From assembly GCA_944322005.1 (NCBI GenBank), contig CALUNL010000004.1, positions 201,850 through 265,849 of the forward strand: a stretch of 64,000 nucleotides of DNA, given 5' to 3'. This DNA is from an uncultured Alistipes sp. Lineage in GTDB: Bacteria > Bacteroidota > Bacteroidia > Bacteroidales > Rikenellaceae. The translations under genes were made by a program, and so were the position numbers. Shown piece by piece: positions 1 to 10,977 of the stretch; the first letter of the stretch is position 1; each line of letters begins with the position of its first letter. Below the pieces are notes generated by a model. The model was not told the origin of the DNA, did no database searches, and worked only from the letters and a program-made list of their open reading frames with translations.

Positions 1-1
1 C

Positions 2-337
2 GACTTCCTGTCCGACTCGTTCAAGTTCAACCGCAGCGCCGACGAGGGATACCTCATCGGACGCATGTTCATCAACCGCGAACGCTGCTTCTTCGTCGAG
101 GGCAAGCGGCAGACCTCCATGAAGGCCATGTGCTTCGGCAAGCAGGAGATTTCGCGCGAGGCGCTGGTCACGATACTCGAGACGGCCATCAACTACGCCA
201 TCAACTTCGACCTGCTCACACCGCCTTACGAGGACAACAAGCGCGTGACGGTCGAGCAGTTCAACACCAAGCTCGACAACTCGAAGTTCGTAACGGGCAA
301 GCGTCTGGGATACGACTTCAACGTCGACGACATCTGA
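2..337 (+). CDS. Conserved Bacteroidetes hypothetical protein, 5'-truncated at the window edge
   Basis: Open frame from position 2 (DFLSDSFKFNRSADEGYLIGRMFINRE...) to TGA at 335-337; codon usage like the neighbouring genes; function not recognised. Confidence 0.75.
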   Translation, partial: DFLSDSFKFNRSADEGYLIGRMFINRERCFFVEGKRQTSMKAMCFGKQEISREALVTILETAINYAINFDLLTPPYEDNKRVTVEQFNTKLDNSKFVTGKRLGYDFNVDDI

Positions 338-349
338 TTGCAACGGCTT

Positions 350-2461
350 ATGCGCAAGACATTCATAATCGCCGCGGCGGCATGCCTTGCCGTCGCCGGC
401 GTACGGGCGCAGCAGAGCTACGGCGACATCCTCCGCATACGCCGCGCCAACACCGGGCTTCCGGGCATGAAGTCATCGCCCGACGGGATGCACTATACGG
501 TATGCGACGGAAAGGGCATACGCTCCATCCCGTACGAGGGAGGGGAAGCGTCAACGCTGCTTGAACTCGACCGCCCGGCGGCCGACTACGAGATCTCGCC
601 CGACGGAAGACGGATACTCGTGACCGATGCCGGGACCAGAAAACCGATATACCGCCACTCCTACACGTCGGACGTATACCTCGCCGAGAGCGGAGGCAAG
701 GCCCGCAGGATTCTCGAAGGTGTGCGCGACGCATCCTTCTCGCCCGACGGTGAGAAGATATGCTACTCGAGCGGAAACGACCTGTATCTGTACGACATTG
801 CGGACGGAAGCACCGTGCGCATAACCGACGACGGGGAGTGGAATGCCGTAATCAACGGCACAAGCGACTGGGTTTACGAGGAGGAGTACGGATTCACCCG
901 CGCCTACTCGTTCTCGCCCGACTCCTCGGAGATCGCCTTCCTGCGCTTCGACGAGAGCATGGTGCCCACGTTCGAGATGATGCTCTACGGAGGCACCCTG
1001 CACAACCGCGCCTACTCGTTCAAATACCCGAAGGCGGGCGACCGCAACTCCACAGTGGAGCTGTGGGTCTACGATATCGCGGGCGGCAAGAGCCGCAAGG
1101 TCGATGTCGGCGACAACCCCGACCAGTACATATTCAACCCGGCCTGGACCCCGGCCGGAGAGCTATACTTCTACCGCGTAAACAGGCTTCAGAACCGTTT
1201 CGAGGTGGTGTTGTGCCGCCGCGACGGCTCGCAGCGGACAATATACGACGAATCGTCGGCAAGATATGTCGACAGGCCGTCGTCCAACACTGTCATATTC
1301 GTCGACGGCCGCCGCTTCGTGGTGACCGAGGAGACTACGGCCGGGTGGAGGCACATATATCTGCACGACACCGAGCGCGGGCGCATCCGCGCGCTCACGT
1401 CGGGAGATTGGGACGTGGCATCGGTCGTTGCAGCCGACAGCCGCGAAGTGCACTATATGTCGTCCGAGCGCTCGCCGCTCCGGCGTGACCTCTACCGCGT
1501 ATCGCTCAAAGGCGGCAAACGCATCAGGATGACGCAGGGCGATGGATACAACAGGATTGTCCCCTCAGAGGGGATGAAGTACTATGTCCGGACGTTCAGC
1601 AACTCGTCCACCCCGAACATAATCACACTCCACCGCCGCGACGGCAGCATCGTCGACACGCTCGCCGACAACAGGAAGGCGGTTGCGGCAGCCGGGAAGC
1701 TCCCGGAGCGGAAATTCTCGCAGTTCGTGACCGAGCGCGGCGACACGCTCAACTGCTACATGCAGTTCCCGGAGGATTTCGACCCGTCCAAACGCTATCC
1801 CGTACTGATCACGCAATATTCCGGACCCGGTTCGCAGTCGGTTCTCGACCGCTGGTCGGCCGACTGGGAGGATGCACTGCCGTCTCACGGATACATCGTC
1901 GCCTGCTGCGACGGACGCGGCACGGGCATGCGCGGCGAGGAGTTCAAGAAGTGCACCTACGGCGAACTGGGCAGGGCCGAATGCGAGGACCAGATCTCGT
2001 TCGCCCGACACCTTGCGCGGCAGGAGTATGTCGACCCGGAGAGGATAGGCATATACGGCTGGTCGTACGGCGGATTCATGGCGCTGAACTGCGCCCTGCA
2101 CGGCGAAGGGCTCTTCCGCATGGCGATAGCCGTGGCACCGGTGACATCGTGGAGATATTACGATACGATCTATACGGAGATATACAACGGGCTGCCGCAG
2201 GACAACCCGTCGGGATACGACGACAACTCGCCGCTGCAGCACGCCGAAAAGCTCTCGCCGCGGACGAAACTGCTCATCATGCACGGTTCGGCCGACGACA
2301 ACGTACACCTTCAGAACACCATGGAGATGTGCCGCAGGCTGAATGCGGCGGGCAAGAGCTACGACATGATGATATACCCGGACCAGAACCACTCGATGAT
2401 GCCGTCATGCATGTCGAACATACGGCAGAAGATGATAGACTATACGGTCGGCAACCTCTGA
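350..2461 (+). CDS. Dipeptidyl peptidase IV family (S9B) serine peptidase, secreted
   Basis: Signal peptide MRKTFIIAAAACLAVAGVRAQ; propeller region with DWVYEEE; catalytic GWSYGG, DDNVH and NHS motifs. Confidence 0.92.
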   Translation: MRKTFIIAAAACLAVAGVRAQQSYGDILRIRRANTGLPGMKSSPDGMHYTVCDGKGIRSIPYEGGEASTLLELDRPAADYEISPDGRRILVTDAGTRKPIYRHSYTSDVYLAESGGKARRILEGVRDASFSPDGEKICYSSGNDLYLYDIADGSTVRITDDGEWNAVINGTSDWVYEEEYGFTRAYSFSPDSSEIAFLRFDESMVPTFEMMLYGGTLHNRAYSFKYPKAGDRNSTVELWVYDIAGGKSRKVDVGDNPDQYIFNPAWTPAGELYFYRVNRLQNRFEVVLCRRDGSQRTIYDESSARYVDRPSSNTVIFVDGRRFVVTEETTAGWRHIYLHDTERGRIRALTSGDWDVASVVAADSREVHYMSSERSPLRRDLYRVSLKGGKRIRMTQGDGYNRIVPSEGMKYYVRTFSNSSTPNIITLHRRDGSIVDTLADNRKAVAAAGKLPERKFSQFVTERGDTLNCYMQFPEDFDPSKRYPVLITQYSGPGSQSVLDRWSADWEDALPSHGYIVACCDGRGTGMRGEEFKKCTYGELGRAECEDQISFARHLARQEYVDPERIGIYGWSYGGFMALNCALHGEGLFRMAIAVAPVTSWRYYDTIYTEIYNGLPQDNPSGYDDNSPLQHAEKLSPRTKLLIMHGSADDNVHLQNTMEMCRRLNAAGKSYDMMIYPDQNHSMMPSCMSNIRQKMIDYTVGNL

Positions 2462-2465
2462 CGCA

Positions 2466-3371
2466 CTACGGCTTCCGGCCCAGGTTGGACTTGATTCGCT
2501 CCAGCCCGCTCCTTGAGAGCGGTGTCGGGGCGAATCTCTTTTCGAACTCCTCCTCCGTCATCGACAGCCACCTGTCCGCATCCATCCCAAGCGGGTCGAA
2601 CAGCGGCGCAAAGGCCGGCCTGGTGCAATACGGCGCCGCCCTGTTGTAGGGGCAGCAACTCTGGCATGCGTCGCACCCGAAGATCCACCCGTGGAGGTCA
2701 TCCAGCCCGTTCCCGCGCTCTACGGTGGCACACGATATGCAGGCCGAGGTGTCGATGTGCCGCTCCTTCACCGCCCCGTTGGGGCAGGCGTCGACACAGC
2801 GGCGACATGAACCGCAACCCGCGCCTCGCAGCGGTTCGTCGTAGCGGTCGCACTCGTCGCACAGGACAATCTCGCCGAGCAGCACGAACGTACCGAACCG
2901 GGGCGTGACAAGCAGCGACTGGCGGCCGATCCATCCCAGCCCGGCCTCGACGGCATACCTCTTTTCGAGCAGCGGCGCCGAATCGGTAAACACCCGGCCG
3001 CGCAGCGAAGGGTATTTTCCGCGCAGGAGGTCGAGAGCCTCACGCAGCATGGACTTTATGGTGGTATGGTAATCCTGCATGCAGGCATACGAGGCAACCT
3101 TCGTATCGGATCCCCCGGGATAGCCGTCGCTCATACGGTTTTTGTACCCGACGGCACACACGACGACACTCCGGGCACCGTCGACGAGACGGGTGACGTC
3201 GAAACGCTTCTCTTCGTTCCGGCGCAGGTACTCAAGCGAAGAGGAGTAGCCGGCGGAAACCCACTCGCGGAAAAACGATGCGTCATCGTCGAAACGGCGG
3301 CACTCGGCAACTCCGCAGAGGTCAAATCCGACATCGGCAACGACTTCCATTATGTCATCGCGGCTGACCAT
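2466..3371 (-). CDS. queG: tRNA epoxyqueuosine(34) reductase
   Basis: YARxxDYH-like YACMQDYH, DSAPLLEK, GLGWIG, CGSCRRCVDACP and GCDACQSCCPYN Fe-S motifs; start placed after the promoter at 3390-3397. Confidence 0.9.
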   Translation of the reverse strand: MVSRDDIMEVVADVGFDLCGVAECRRFDDDASFFREWVSAGYSSSLEYLRRNEEKRFDVTRLVDGARSVVVCAVGYKNRMSDGYPGGSDTKVASYACMQDYHTTIKSMLREALDLLRGKYPSLRGRVFTDSAPLLEKRYAVEAGLGWIGRQSLLVTPRFGTFVLLGEIVLCDECDRYDEPLRGAGCGSCRRCVDACPNGAVKERHIDTSACISCATVERGNGLDDLHGWIFGCDACQSCCPYNRAAPYCTRPAFAPLFDPLGMDADRWLSMTEEEFEKRFAPTPLSRSGLERIKSNLGRKP

Positions 3372-3389
3372 ACAAAGCAATATTATGCT

Positions 3390-3427
3390 CAAAAATAGCG
3401 ATTTTTAAGGAAAATGAATTATTTTTG
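3390..3427. promoter_or_regulatory. Divergent Bacteroidetes sigma-A -7 elements
   Basis: TATTTTTG on minus (3390-3397) and on plus (3420-3427), matching TAnnTTTG. Confidence 0.6.
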
Positions 3428-3479
3428 CACCGATTCGCAATCTATTTTTTTATTAATATAAAATTAAGGAATCGGAAAA

Positions 3480-5171
3480 ATGAGACTAAACACCCTATAT
3501 GAGGTACTCCACGAAAGTATCAGGAAATTCCCGAAGCACATCGCCTTCTCGCAATGGCAGGGAGAGGATATATCCTACACCGAAGTAGGAGAACGCGTGG
3601 AGCAGATTCAGCAGACGCTGATCTCGGCAGGTTTGAATCCTGGCGACAAGATCGCCATACTGAGCAGCAACATGCCGAACTGGGGCATATGCTATTTCGC
3701 AATCACCTCGGCCGGATATGTGGCAGTACCGATCCTGCCGGACTTCACCACGGAGGAGCTCGACAAGATAATCGAACACTCGGAATCGAAGGCGCTGTTC
3801 GTGTCGGACAAGCTCTTCACGAAGGTATCGAAGTCGACCACCGACCGTCTCAACATTGTCGTCCGCACCAAGAACCTCAGCATTCTTTCGCAAAAGGTCA
3901 AGAAACAGGGATCAATCACGATTCCCAAGCCGGAGGACCTTGCAGTGATAATATACACCTCGGGAACAACCTCCTCGCCGAAGGGCGTGATGCTGTCCCA
4001 CTACAATATCAGTTCGCAGACATGGCTCATCGAGCCGCTGTTCATGGTCAGGGAGGATGACGTGCTCCTTTCGGTGCTGCCGCTGTCGCACACATACGAG
4101 TGCACGCTCGGAATGGTATACGCATTCTCGGCCGGAGCCAGGGTCGTATACCTCGACAAGGCGCCTACCGTGTCGGTGCTCATGAACGCGCTGAAGGAGG
4201 TACGCCCGACCATAATGCTCATCGTACCGCTCATCATCGAGAAGATATACCGCGCTAAGGTGCTTGCGAAGTTCACCTCCAACGCATTCTGGCAGACGCT
4301 CTACCGCATAGGCTTCATGCGCCGCTACCTGCACCGCGTGGCAGGCCGCAAGCTGATGAAGTTCTTCGGAAAGCGCATCCGCTTCCTCGGAATCGGAGGT
4401 GCGAAGCTCGACACCAACGCCGAGAAGTTCCTCTTCGAGGCAAAGGTGCCTTATGCAATCGGCTACGGTCTGACCGAGACCGCACCGCTTATCGCCGGAG
4501 CCGTCGGCGACATGGTACGCATAGGATCCACAGGCCCGGTACTCAAGGGAATAGAGGCCCGCCTGGACAACGTCAACGCCGAGACCGGACAGGGTGAGAT
4601 CGTCGTAAAGAGCCCGAGCCAGATGATAGGCTACTACAAGAATCCGGAGGCCACGAAGGATGTTTTCACGGAGGACGGATGGTTCCGCACCGGCGACCTC
4701 GGCTCGTTCGACGAGGACGGATGGCTCTACATCAAGGGAAGGCTCAAGAACATGATTCTCGGCCCGAGCGGAGAGAACATCTATCCGGAGGATATCGAGA
4801 ACGTGCTCAACTCGCACGTATTCATCTCCGAGTCGGTCGTAACCGAGCAGGAGGGACAGCTGATCGCGCTCGTGCATTTCGACATGGACGCCATCGAGGC
4901 ACGCTACGAGGAGCTGCGCGACGCATGGGAGCAGAAGAAACAGGACTGGGAGAAGTACCGTGACGAAATCATCGAGGATATCAAGGAGTATGTAAACTCG
5001 AGGGTGAACCGCTACTCGCGCATCTCCGAGGTCGTCGAGGAGAAGGAGGAGTTCGTGAAGACCCCGACCAAGAAGATACGCCGTTTCCTCTACAACAACC
5101 GCACAAAGGGTGCTGCCGGCACTCCGGAGGCCCCTAAACAGGAGGCAAAGGAGGAGACGTCGGAAAAATAG
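3480..5171 (+). CDS. Long-chain fatty acid-CoA ligase (AMP-binding family)
   Basis: YTSGTTSSPKG, GYGLTET and WFRTGDLG adenylation motifs. Confidence 0.9.
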   Translation: MRLNTLYEVLHESIRKFPKHIAFSQWQGEDISYTEVGERVEQIQQTLISAGLNPGDKIAILSSNMPNWGICYFAITSAGYVAVPILPDFTTEELDKIIEHSESKALFVSDKLFTKVSKSTTDRLNIVVRTKNLSILSQKVKKQGSITIPKPEDLAVIIYTSGTTSSPKGVMLSHYNISSQTWLIEPLFMVREDDVLLSVLPLSHTYECTLGMVYAFSAGARVVYLDKAPTVSVLMNALKEVRPTIMLIVPLIIEKIYRAKVLAKFTSNAFWQTLYRIGFMRRYLHRVAGRKLMKFFGKRIRFLGIGGAKLDTNAEKFLFEAKVPYAIGYGLTETAPLIAGAVGDMVRIGSTGPVLKGIEARLDNVNAETGQGEIVVKSPSQMIGYYKNPEATKDVFTEDGWFRTGDLGSFDEDGWLYIKGRLKNMILGPSGENIYPEDIENVLNSHVFISESVVTEQEGQLIALVHFDMDAIEARYEELRDAWEQKKQDWEKYRDEIIEDIKEYVNSRVNRYSRISEVVEEKEEFVKTPTKKIRRFLYNNRTKGAAGTPEAPKQEAKEETSEK

Positions 5172-5192
5172 CCGTCGACGGACGGAGCATGA

Positions 5193-5219
5193 GAAAGCCG
5201 GCCTTTGTGGCCGGCTTTC
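5193..5219 (+). terminator. Intrinsic terminator hairpin
   Basis: GAAAGCCGGCC-tttgt-GGCCGGCTTTC, 11-bp stem after the acyl-CoA ligase. Confidence 0.65.
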
Positions 5220-5373
5220 ATCGTATAATGCCATTGGCATGAATGTTCCGTACGGGCCGATTCGCAATCATCAGCGCCGGAGGGGTCACTTATTGCACAA
5301 AGTTGGGAATTTTCTGAATAAGTTTTCGTAACTTTGTCCGTTATTGATACGTAAACAAACACTCGAACAGTTT

Positions 5374-8300
5374 ATGGATAAAAAAGCCTTCAATCGTTGG
5401 AACCGAATCATAGGCTGGGCGGTATTTGCCGTGGCGGCCGTGACCTACCTTCTTACGATAGAGCCTTCGTCGAGCCTCTGGGACTGCTCGGAATTCATCG
5501 CCACCTCGTACAAGCTCGAGGTCGGCCATCCGCCGGGAGCCCCTCTGTTCATGCTCATGGCGCGAATAGCGACCATGCTGGCCCCTTCGACGCACTATGT
5601 GCCCCACATGGTCAACGCCATGAACGGAATAGCCAGCGCATTCACGATACTCTTCCTCTTCTGGACCGTGACACACCTTGCCCGCCGTCTGGAGGAGAAG
5701 CGCAGCGGCGAAATGACCACTGCAAAGGCCGTGGCAATACTCGGCGCAGGTGCAGTCGGCGCTCTCGCCTACACCTTCACCGACACGTTCTGGTTCTCAG
5801 CAGTCGAAGGAGAGGTCTATTCGCTCTCGTCGATGTTCACCGCCCTCGTGGTATGGCTCATGCTCAAGTGGGAAGAGCAGGCCGACTCGCCGCATGCACT
5901 GCGGTGGCTGGTGCTCATCTCATACCTCATGGGACTCTCCATAGGCGTGCACATCCTCAACCTGCTGTCGATTCCGGCACTGGCCTACATCTACTATTTC
6001 AAGAAGACCGACCGCGTGACACTCAAGGGATTCTGCATCGCCACGCTCGTCGCGCTCGTCATATTAGGAGTCATAAACGGCATAATAATCCCTTACACGG
6101 TATATGTCGGCATGCTCGTCGACGTATTCTTCGTCAATACGCTGTCGCTGCCGGTCAACACCGGAATCGTGGTGTTCGTATTCGCCATGTTCGCTGCACT
6201 CGGATATGCCGTATACTTCACCCACAAGCGCGGATATGTCATAGGCAACCTCATTGCGGTATCGGTGACGATGATCATGCTCGGATTCTCCTCATACGCC
6301 TCGGTTACGATACGCGCGTCGGTCAATCCGCCGATGAACAGCAACAATCCGGACAACCCGAGCGCACTGCTGTCGGTACTCAACCGCGACCAGTACGGAA
6401 ACCGCCCGCTGATATACGGTGCAGCCTACTCCGCGCCGATAGAGAGCTACACCGAACGCAGCCTCTACTACTACAACAAGAGCACGGGCAAATACGAGGA
6501 GAAGACAACCGTCGACGACTACGTCTACGACTCGAAGTTCATGTATCTGTTCCCTCGCATGTGGAACTACATCAAGTCGGAGCGCGACTACAAGCCATGG
6601 GCGGCATACCGCACAAAAACCGACTTCGTGCGTGACGAGGAGGGGAACATCATGCGCGACGAGACAGGGCGCCCGCTGCGTACGGAGGTGCTTGACTACG
6701 GCCGCAAGATACCGTACTATAACGGCGACCAGACCGTGACCATCACCTACCCTACATTCGGCGAGAACCTCAATTTCTTCCTCTCGTACCAGCTCAACTA
6801 CATGTACTGGCGCTATTTCCTCTGGAACTTCGTCGGGCGTCAGGACGACATACAGGCCTCGGACGTGACCATAACCAACGGCAACTGGCTCTCCGGCATA
6901 AAGGCCGTAGACAGCCTCTATCTCGGCCCGCAGACCAACCTGCCGCGTGAGATCGAGGAGAACCGCGCACGGAACACCTACTACTTCCTGCCGTTCCTGC
7001 TCGGAATCATCGGACTCATATACCAGCTCAACCGCGACCCGCGCAACTTCATCATCGTCATGAGCATCTTCATCATGATGGGTGTGGCGCTGGTGGTATA
7101 CTTCAACACGTCGCCAGGTGAGGTGCGCGAACGCGACTATGTATATGCCGGCTCGTTCTACGCCTTCTGCATGTGGATAGGATTCGGCGTGCTTGCCATG
7201 CGCGACCTTCTCGCCTACATGACCCGCAAGGCCCGCAAGTGCAACCACACCGCCACGGCTGCCGTCGCCACGGCCATCTGCATGGCCGTGCCGGGCATAC
7301 TCTGCGCCGAGAACTGGGACGACCACGACCGTTCGCACAGGACCATGGCCCGCGACATCGGGTACAACTATCTGGAGTCGGTAGTAAAGAAGGAGGGCGT
7401 CAGCCCGATAATCATCAACTACGGCGACAACGACACCTTCCCGCTCTGGTTCAACCAGGAGGTCGACGGCGTACGCACCGACATCCGAATAATGAACTCG
7501 AGCTATCTCGACGGCGAGTGGTATGTCGACGAGATGAAGTGCAAAGCCAACGACGCCGACGGAATACCTTTCTCCCTGCCGAGCGAGAAGTACACCTTCG
7601 TGAACGACCACCTGCCGGTGAACTCCAAGGTAGACCGCGCGGTCGACATCCGCGAGGTCATCGACTTCGTGCGCAGCGAAGATCCGATAACGAAGGTCGA
7701 CATCGGCTTCGACATGCTCTCGGATTACATCCCGACCAAACGTCTGGCACTGCCCGTGAACAAGGAGAACGCCATCGCATCCGGCATAGTCAAGGAGAGC
7801 GACCGCGACCTGATGGTCGACACGGTATACATCAACCTGCGCGGATCGTCGATCTCGCGTTCGGAGCTGATGCTGCTCGACATGCTCGCCCACTTCGACT
7901 GGAAACGGCCGATATACTTCACTCAGGTATACATCCTCCAGGACCTGGGACTGCTGGACTACCTGCAGTTCGACGGATACAGCTACCGTCTGGTGCCGAT
8001 ACTGACCCCGTACAAGAGTTCGTGGTCCATCGGCCGCATCGACGCCGACTACGCATACGACGTGCTGATGAACAAGATGCGCTACGGCAACATCAAGGAC
8101 CCGCGCGTATATGTCGATTACTTCACGCAGTACAACCTCATGGTCTCCCGTGCACGCGAGGCCTTCGCACGCGTGGCCAAGGAGTACATCAAGCTCGGTG
8201 ACAACGCCCGGGCGGAGGAGCTGCTCGACAGGGGTCTGCAGGAGCTTCCGGTAACGCAGCTTCGCTTCACCGAGGCCAACACCTATCCGTTCATCGAGTC

Positions 8301-8631
8301 ATACTACGCCATCGGAGCCAACGACAAGGGCGACGCACTTCTGATGGCCTATGCCGACACGCTCATCGACTACATAGAGTACTACCTACGTTTCGAAGGC
8401 ATACAGGCCGACCTGGTCAGCGGCATACTCGACGACAAACTCGACGAGCTCTCGCAGCTCTACTATCTCGCGGCATACTGCGACCGGCAGGACGTCCTGT
8501 TCAGCATCAACGAATACTACCGCACGCTCGGTGCGGAGGATGCGGACCTGATCCTCTCCGAATACGAGAAGCAGCAGGCCGACAGCACCGCCGCAGCGGC
8601 ACGGACACATACAACACCCGACAACAAATAG
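5374..8631 (+). CDS. DUF2723 multi-TM membrane protein (TMEM260/GT117-like glycosyltransferase)
   Basis: WDCSEFI, VGHPPGAP, AVEGEVY, RERDY and GDNDTFPLW motifs; many hydrophobic segments; TAACTTTG promoter at 5329-5336. Confidence 0.82.
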   Translation: MDKKAFNRWNRIIGWAVFAVAAVTYLLTIEPSSSLWDCSEFIATSYKLEVGHPPGAPLFMLMARIATMLAPSTHYVPHMVNAMNGIASAFTILFLFWTVTHLARRLEEKRSGEMTTAKAVAILGAGAVGALAYTFTDTFWFSAVEGEVYSLSSMFTALVVWLMLKWEEQADSPHALRWLVLISYLMGLSIGVHILNLLSIPALAYIYYFKKTDRVTLKGFCIATLVALVILGVINGIIIPYTVYVGMLVDVFFVNTLSLPVNTGIVVFVFAMFAALGYAVYFTHKRGYVIGNLIAVSVTMIMLGFSSYASVTIRASVNPPMNSNNPDNPSALLSVLNRDQYGNRPLIYGAAYSAPIESYTERSLYYYNKSTGKYEEKTTVDDYVYDSKFMYLFPRMWNYIKSERDYKPWAAYRTKTDFVRDEEGNIMRDETGRPLRTEVLDYGRKIPYYNGDQTVTITYPTFGENLNFFLSYQLNYMYWRYFLWNFVGRQDDIQASDVTITNGNWLSGIKAVDSLYLGPQTNLPREIEENRARNTYYFLPFLLGIIGLIYQLNRDPRNFIIVMSIFIMMGVALVVYFNTSPGEVRERDYVYAGSFYAFCMWIGFGVLAMRDLLAYMTRKARKCNHTATAAVATAICMAVPGILCAENWDDHDRSHRTMARDIGYNYLESVVKKEGVSPIIINYGDNDTFPLWFNQEVDGVRTDIRIMNSSYLDGEWYVDEMKCKANDADGIPFSLPSEKYTFVNDHLPVNSKVDRAVDIREVIDFVRSEDPITKVDIGFDMLSDYIPTKRLALPVNKENAIASGIVKESDRDLMVDTVYINLRGSSISRSELMLLDMLAHFDWKRPIYFTQVYILQDLGLLDYLQFDGYSYRLVPILTPYKSSWSIGRIDADYAYDVLMNKMRYGNIKDPRVYVDYFTQYNLMVSRAREAFARVAKEYIKLGDNARAEELLDRGLQELPVTQLRFTEANTYPFIESYYAIGANDKGDALLMAYADTLIDYIEYYLRFEGIQADLVSGILDDKLDELSQLYYLAAYCDRQDVLFSINEYYRTLGAEDADLILSEYEKQQADSTAAAARTHTTPDNK

Positions 8632-8640
8632 GAGAATACC

Positions 8641-10110
8641 ATGAACAGCAAACTGATTCTCTACAACACGCTGACACGCACCAAACAGGAGTTCGAACCC
8701 ATAAACCCTCCGCACGTGGGCATGTACGTGTGCGGCCCGACCGTCTACGGCGACCCGCACCTGGGGCATGCGCGTCCGGCGATAACGTTCGACCTGCTCT
8801 TCCGCTACCTCAAGGCCGAAGGGTACAAGGTGCGTTACGTCCGCAACATCACCGACGTGGGACACCTCGAGCATGATGCCGACGAGGGAGAGGACAAAAT
8901 CGAGAAGAAGGCACGTCTTGAGCAGCTCGAGCCGATGGAGGTAGCCAACTACTACACGCGCCGCTACCATGACGCCATGCGCGAGCTGAACGTACTGCCG
9001 CCGTCGATAGAGCCTTCCGCCTCGGGACACATAATCGAGCAGATAGAGTTCACGAAACGCATCCTCGATGCCGGATTCGCCTACGAGTCCAACGGCTCGA
9101 TATATTTCGACGTGGAAAAATACAACGAAAAGTACCACTACGGCAAGCTCTCGGGACGCAACCTCGACGACATACTCACCAACACGCGCGAGCTCGACGG
9201 GCAGGAGGACAAGCGACACTCCTACGACTTCGCGCTGTGGAAGAAGGCCTCGCCGGAGCACATCATGCGCTGGCCATCACCGTGGAGCGACGGCTTCCCG
9301 GGATGGCACATGGAGTGCTCGGCCATGAGCACCAAGTACCTCGGCCGCGAGTTCGACATACACGGAGGCGGCATGGACCTCATGTTCCCGCACCACGAGT
9401 GCGAGATAGCGCAGTCGACGGCCGCACTCGGCCACGACTCGGCCCGTTTCTGGGTCCACAACAACATGATTACCATCAACGGCAAGAAGATGGGCAAGTC
9501 GCTGGGCAACTTCATCACGCTCGAAGAGGTCTTCACCGGCAGCCACAAACTGCTGGCGCAGGCATACTCGCCGATGACCGTGCGCTTCTTCATCCTCCAG
9601 GCCCACTACCGCTCGACGCTCGACTTCTCGAACGAGGCGCTGCAGGCGGCCGAAAAGGGACTGGACCGTCTGATGAAGGGCATCGAGGCTCTGGGCAAGG
9701 TGAAGCCGTCGGAGGTTTCGACCGTAAAGCCGTCGGAGCTTGCCGAGCGCTGTGAGGCCGCCATGGCCGACGACCTCAACTCGCCGATGGTGATATCGGC
9801 CCTGTTCGACTGGGTACGCATATTCAACCAGCTCGAGGAGGGACAGCAGAAGATTACGGCAGAGGATCTGGAGTCGCTGCGTGCCACGGTCAACCGCTGG
9901 GCATTCGACATTCTCGGCCTGCGCGACGAGAAGGCGCAGTCATCGGCCGGAGACATGGTCTCGCCGCTGGTGGAGATGCTGCTCGACATGAGAATGGAGG
10001 CGAAGGCAGCCAAGAACTGGGCACTATCCGACCAGATACGCGACAAGCTGACGGCGATAGGCATCCGCGTCAAGGACCGCAAGGACGGCTACGACTGGGA
10101 AATAGAGTAA
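8641..10110 (+). CDS. cysS: Cysteine-tRNA ligase
   Basis: [38 protein letters not shown] and KMGKS. Confidence 0.97.
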   Translation: MNSKLILYNTLTRTKQEFEPINPPHVGMYVCGPTVYGDPHLGHARPAITFDLLFRYLKAEGYKVRYVRNITDVGHLEHDADEGEDKIEKKARLEQLEPMEVANYYTRRYHDAMRELNVLPPSIEPSASGHIIEQIEFTKRILDAGFAYESNGSIYFDVEKYNEKYHYGKLSGRNLDDILTNTRELDGQEDKRHSYDFALWKKASPEHIMRWPSPWSDGFPGWHMECSAMSTKYLGREFDIHGGGMDLMFPHHECEIAQSTAALGHDSARFWVHNNMITINGKKMGKSLGNFITLEEVFTGSHKLLAQAYSPMTVRFFILQAHYRSTLDFSNEALQAAEKGLDRLMKGIEALGKVKPSEVSTVKPSELAERCEAAMADDLNSPMVISALFDWVRIFNQLEEGQQKITAEDLESLRATVNRWAFDILGLRDEKAQSSAGDMVSPLVEMLLDMRMEAKAAKNWALSDQIRDKLTAIGIRVKDRKDGYDWEIE

Positions 10111-10134
10111 TACAGGTCCTCCGCACAACATGCA

Positions 10135-10167
10135 ACAAGGGGCATACGGTTTTCGTATGCCCCTTGT
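10135..10167. terminator. Bidirectional terminator between convergent genes
   Basis: ACAAGGGGCATACG-gtttt-CGTATGCCCCTTGT, 14-bp stem. Confidence 0.75.
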
Positions 10168-10189
10168 ATTTTAGTCAGCGGCGCAGCTG

Positions 10190-10903
10190 TCAACCCCGCT
10201 TATCATCGCCTTTCTCCGGAAATTTCTCACAATAATCATCGTACAGGCGGATAACCTTGTCCACGTACGATATGGTCTCCACACTTCCGGAGAACTCTCC
10301 GTAGCATACCACCTCATGGTTGTAGAAGTCCTCCTCGGCAAGCAGTTCCAGATACTCCGAGACCACCTCCCACGAGTTGCAGTCCTCGCCGTAGTAGCTG
10401 GCCAGATTGCGGGCATCGGTTATATGACCGTAACCGCCGTTGTAGCAGGCGAGAATCAGCGGCAGGCGCTCGCTGTAGGGCATCTTCTTCGGCAGCCGCA
10501 TCATCTTCTCTACAGACCTCATCAGCCGTGCGGCGACCTCAACGTTCACCTCGGGATCAAGCAGCTCCTCACCCGAGACACCGAAGCCCTTCGCCACATA
10601 GGGCATTATCTGCATCAGCCCGACCGCACCCCTGGGCGAAACCACGTCCTCCCTGAAAAGCGACTCGTTGTACGCCATGGCACTCATCAGCCGCCAGTCT
10701 ATATCATTCTTGCGGCCTACATGCTTGAATATGCCGTCATATACGGAGATCTCGAAATCGGCACTCTTCGCATCGGCCGTTTCAGCATCCCTCTCCACGC
10801 TGTTCACACGGTATGCCACATCCAACATAGGCAGCGACACGCCGCACGAAATGGCCAGGAAGAGCAGTGGAGCCAATATTTTCTCGAACAGTTTTCTTTT
10901 CAT
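10190..10903 (-). CDS. Lytic transglycosylase (SLT domain, MltF-like catalytic part)
   Basis: MAYNES, AVGLMQIMP and ACYNGG SLT motifs; hydrophobic N-terminus. Confidence 0.85.
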   Translation of the reverse strand: MKRKLFEKILAPLLFLAISCGVSLPMLDVAYRVNSVERDAETADAKSADFEISVYDGIFKHVGRKNDIDWRLMSAMAYNESLFREDVVSPRGAVGLMQIMPYVAKGFGVSGEELLDPEVNVEVAARLMRSVEKMMRLPKKMPYSERLPLILACYNGGYGHITDARNLASYYGEDCNSWEVVSEYLELLAEEDFYNHEVVCYGEFSGSVETISYVDKVIRLYDDYCEKFPEKGDDKRG

Positions 10904-10977
10904 ACGTTGGTCATTTTGGAATGACACGGGACACCCCGTGCACACAAGTGTAAACCGATTGCCCGTACGGCCGGGCA

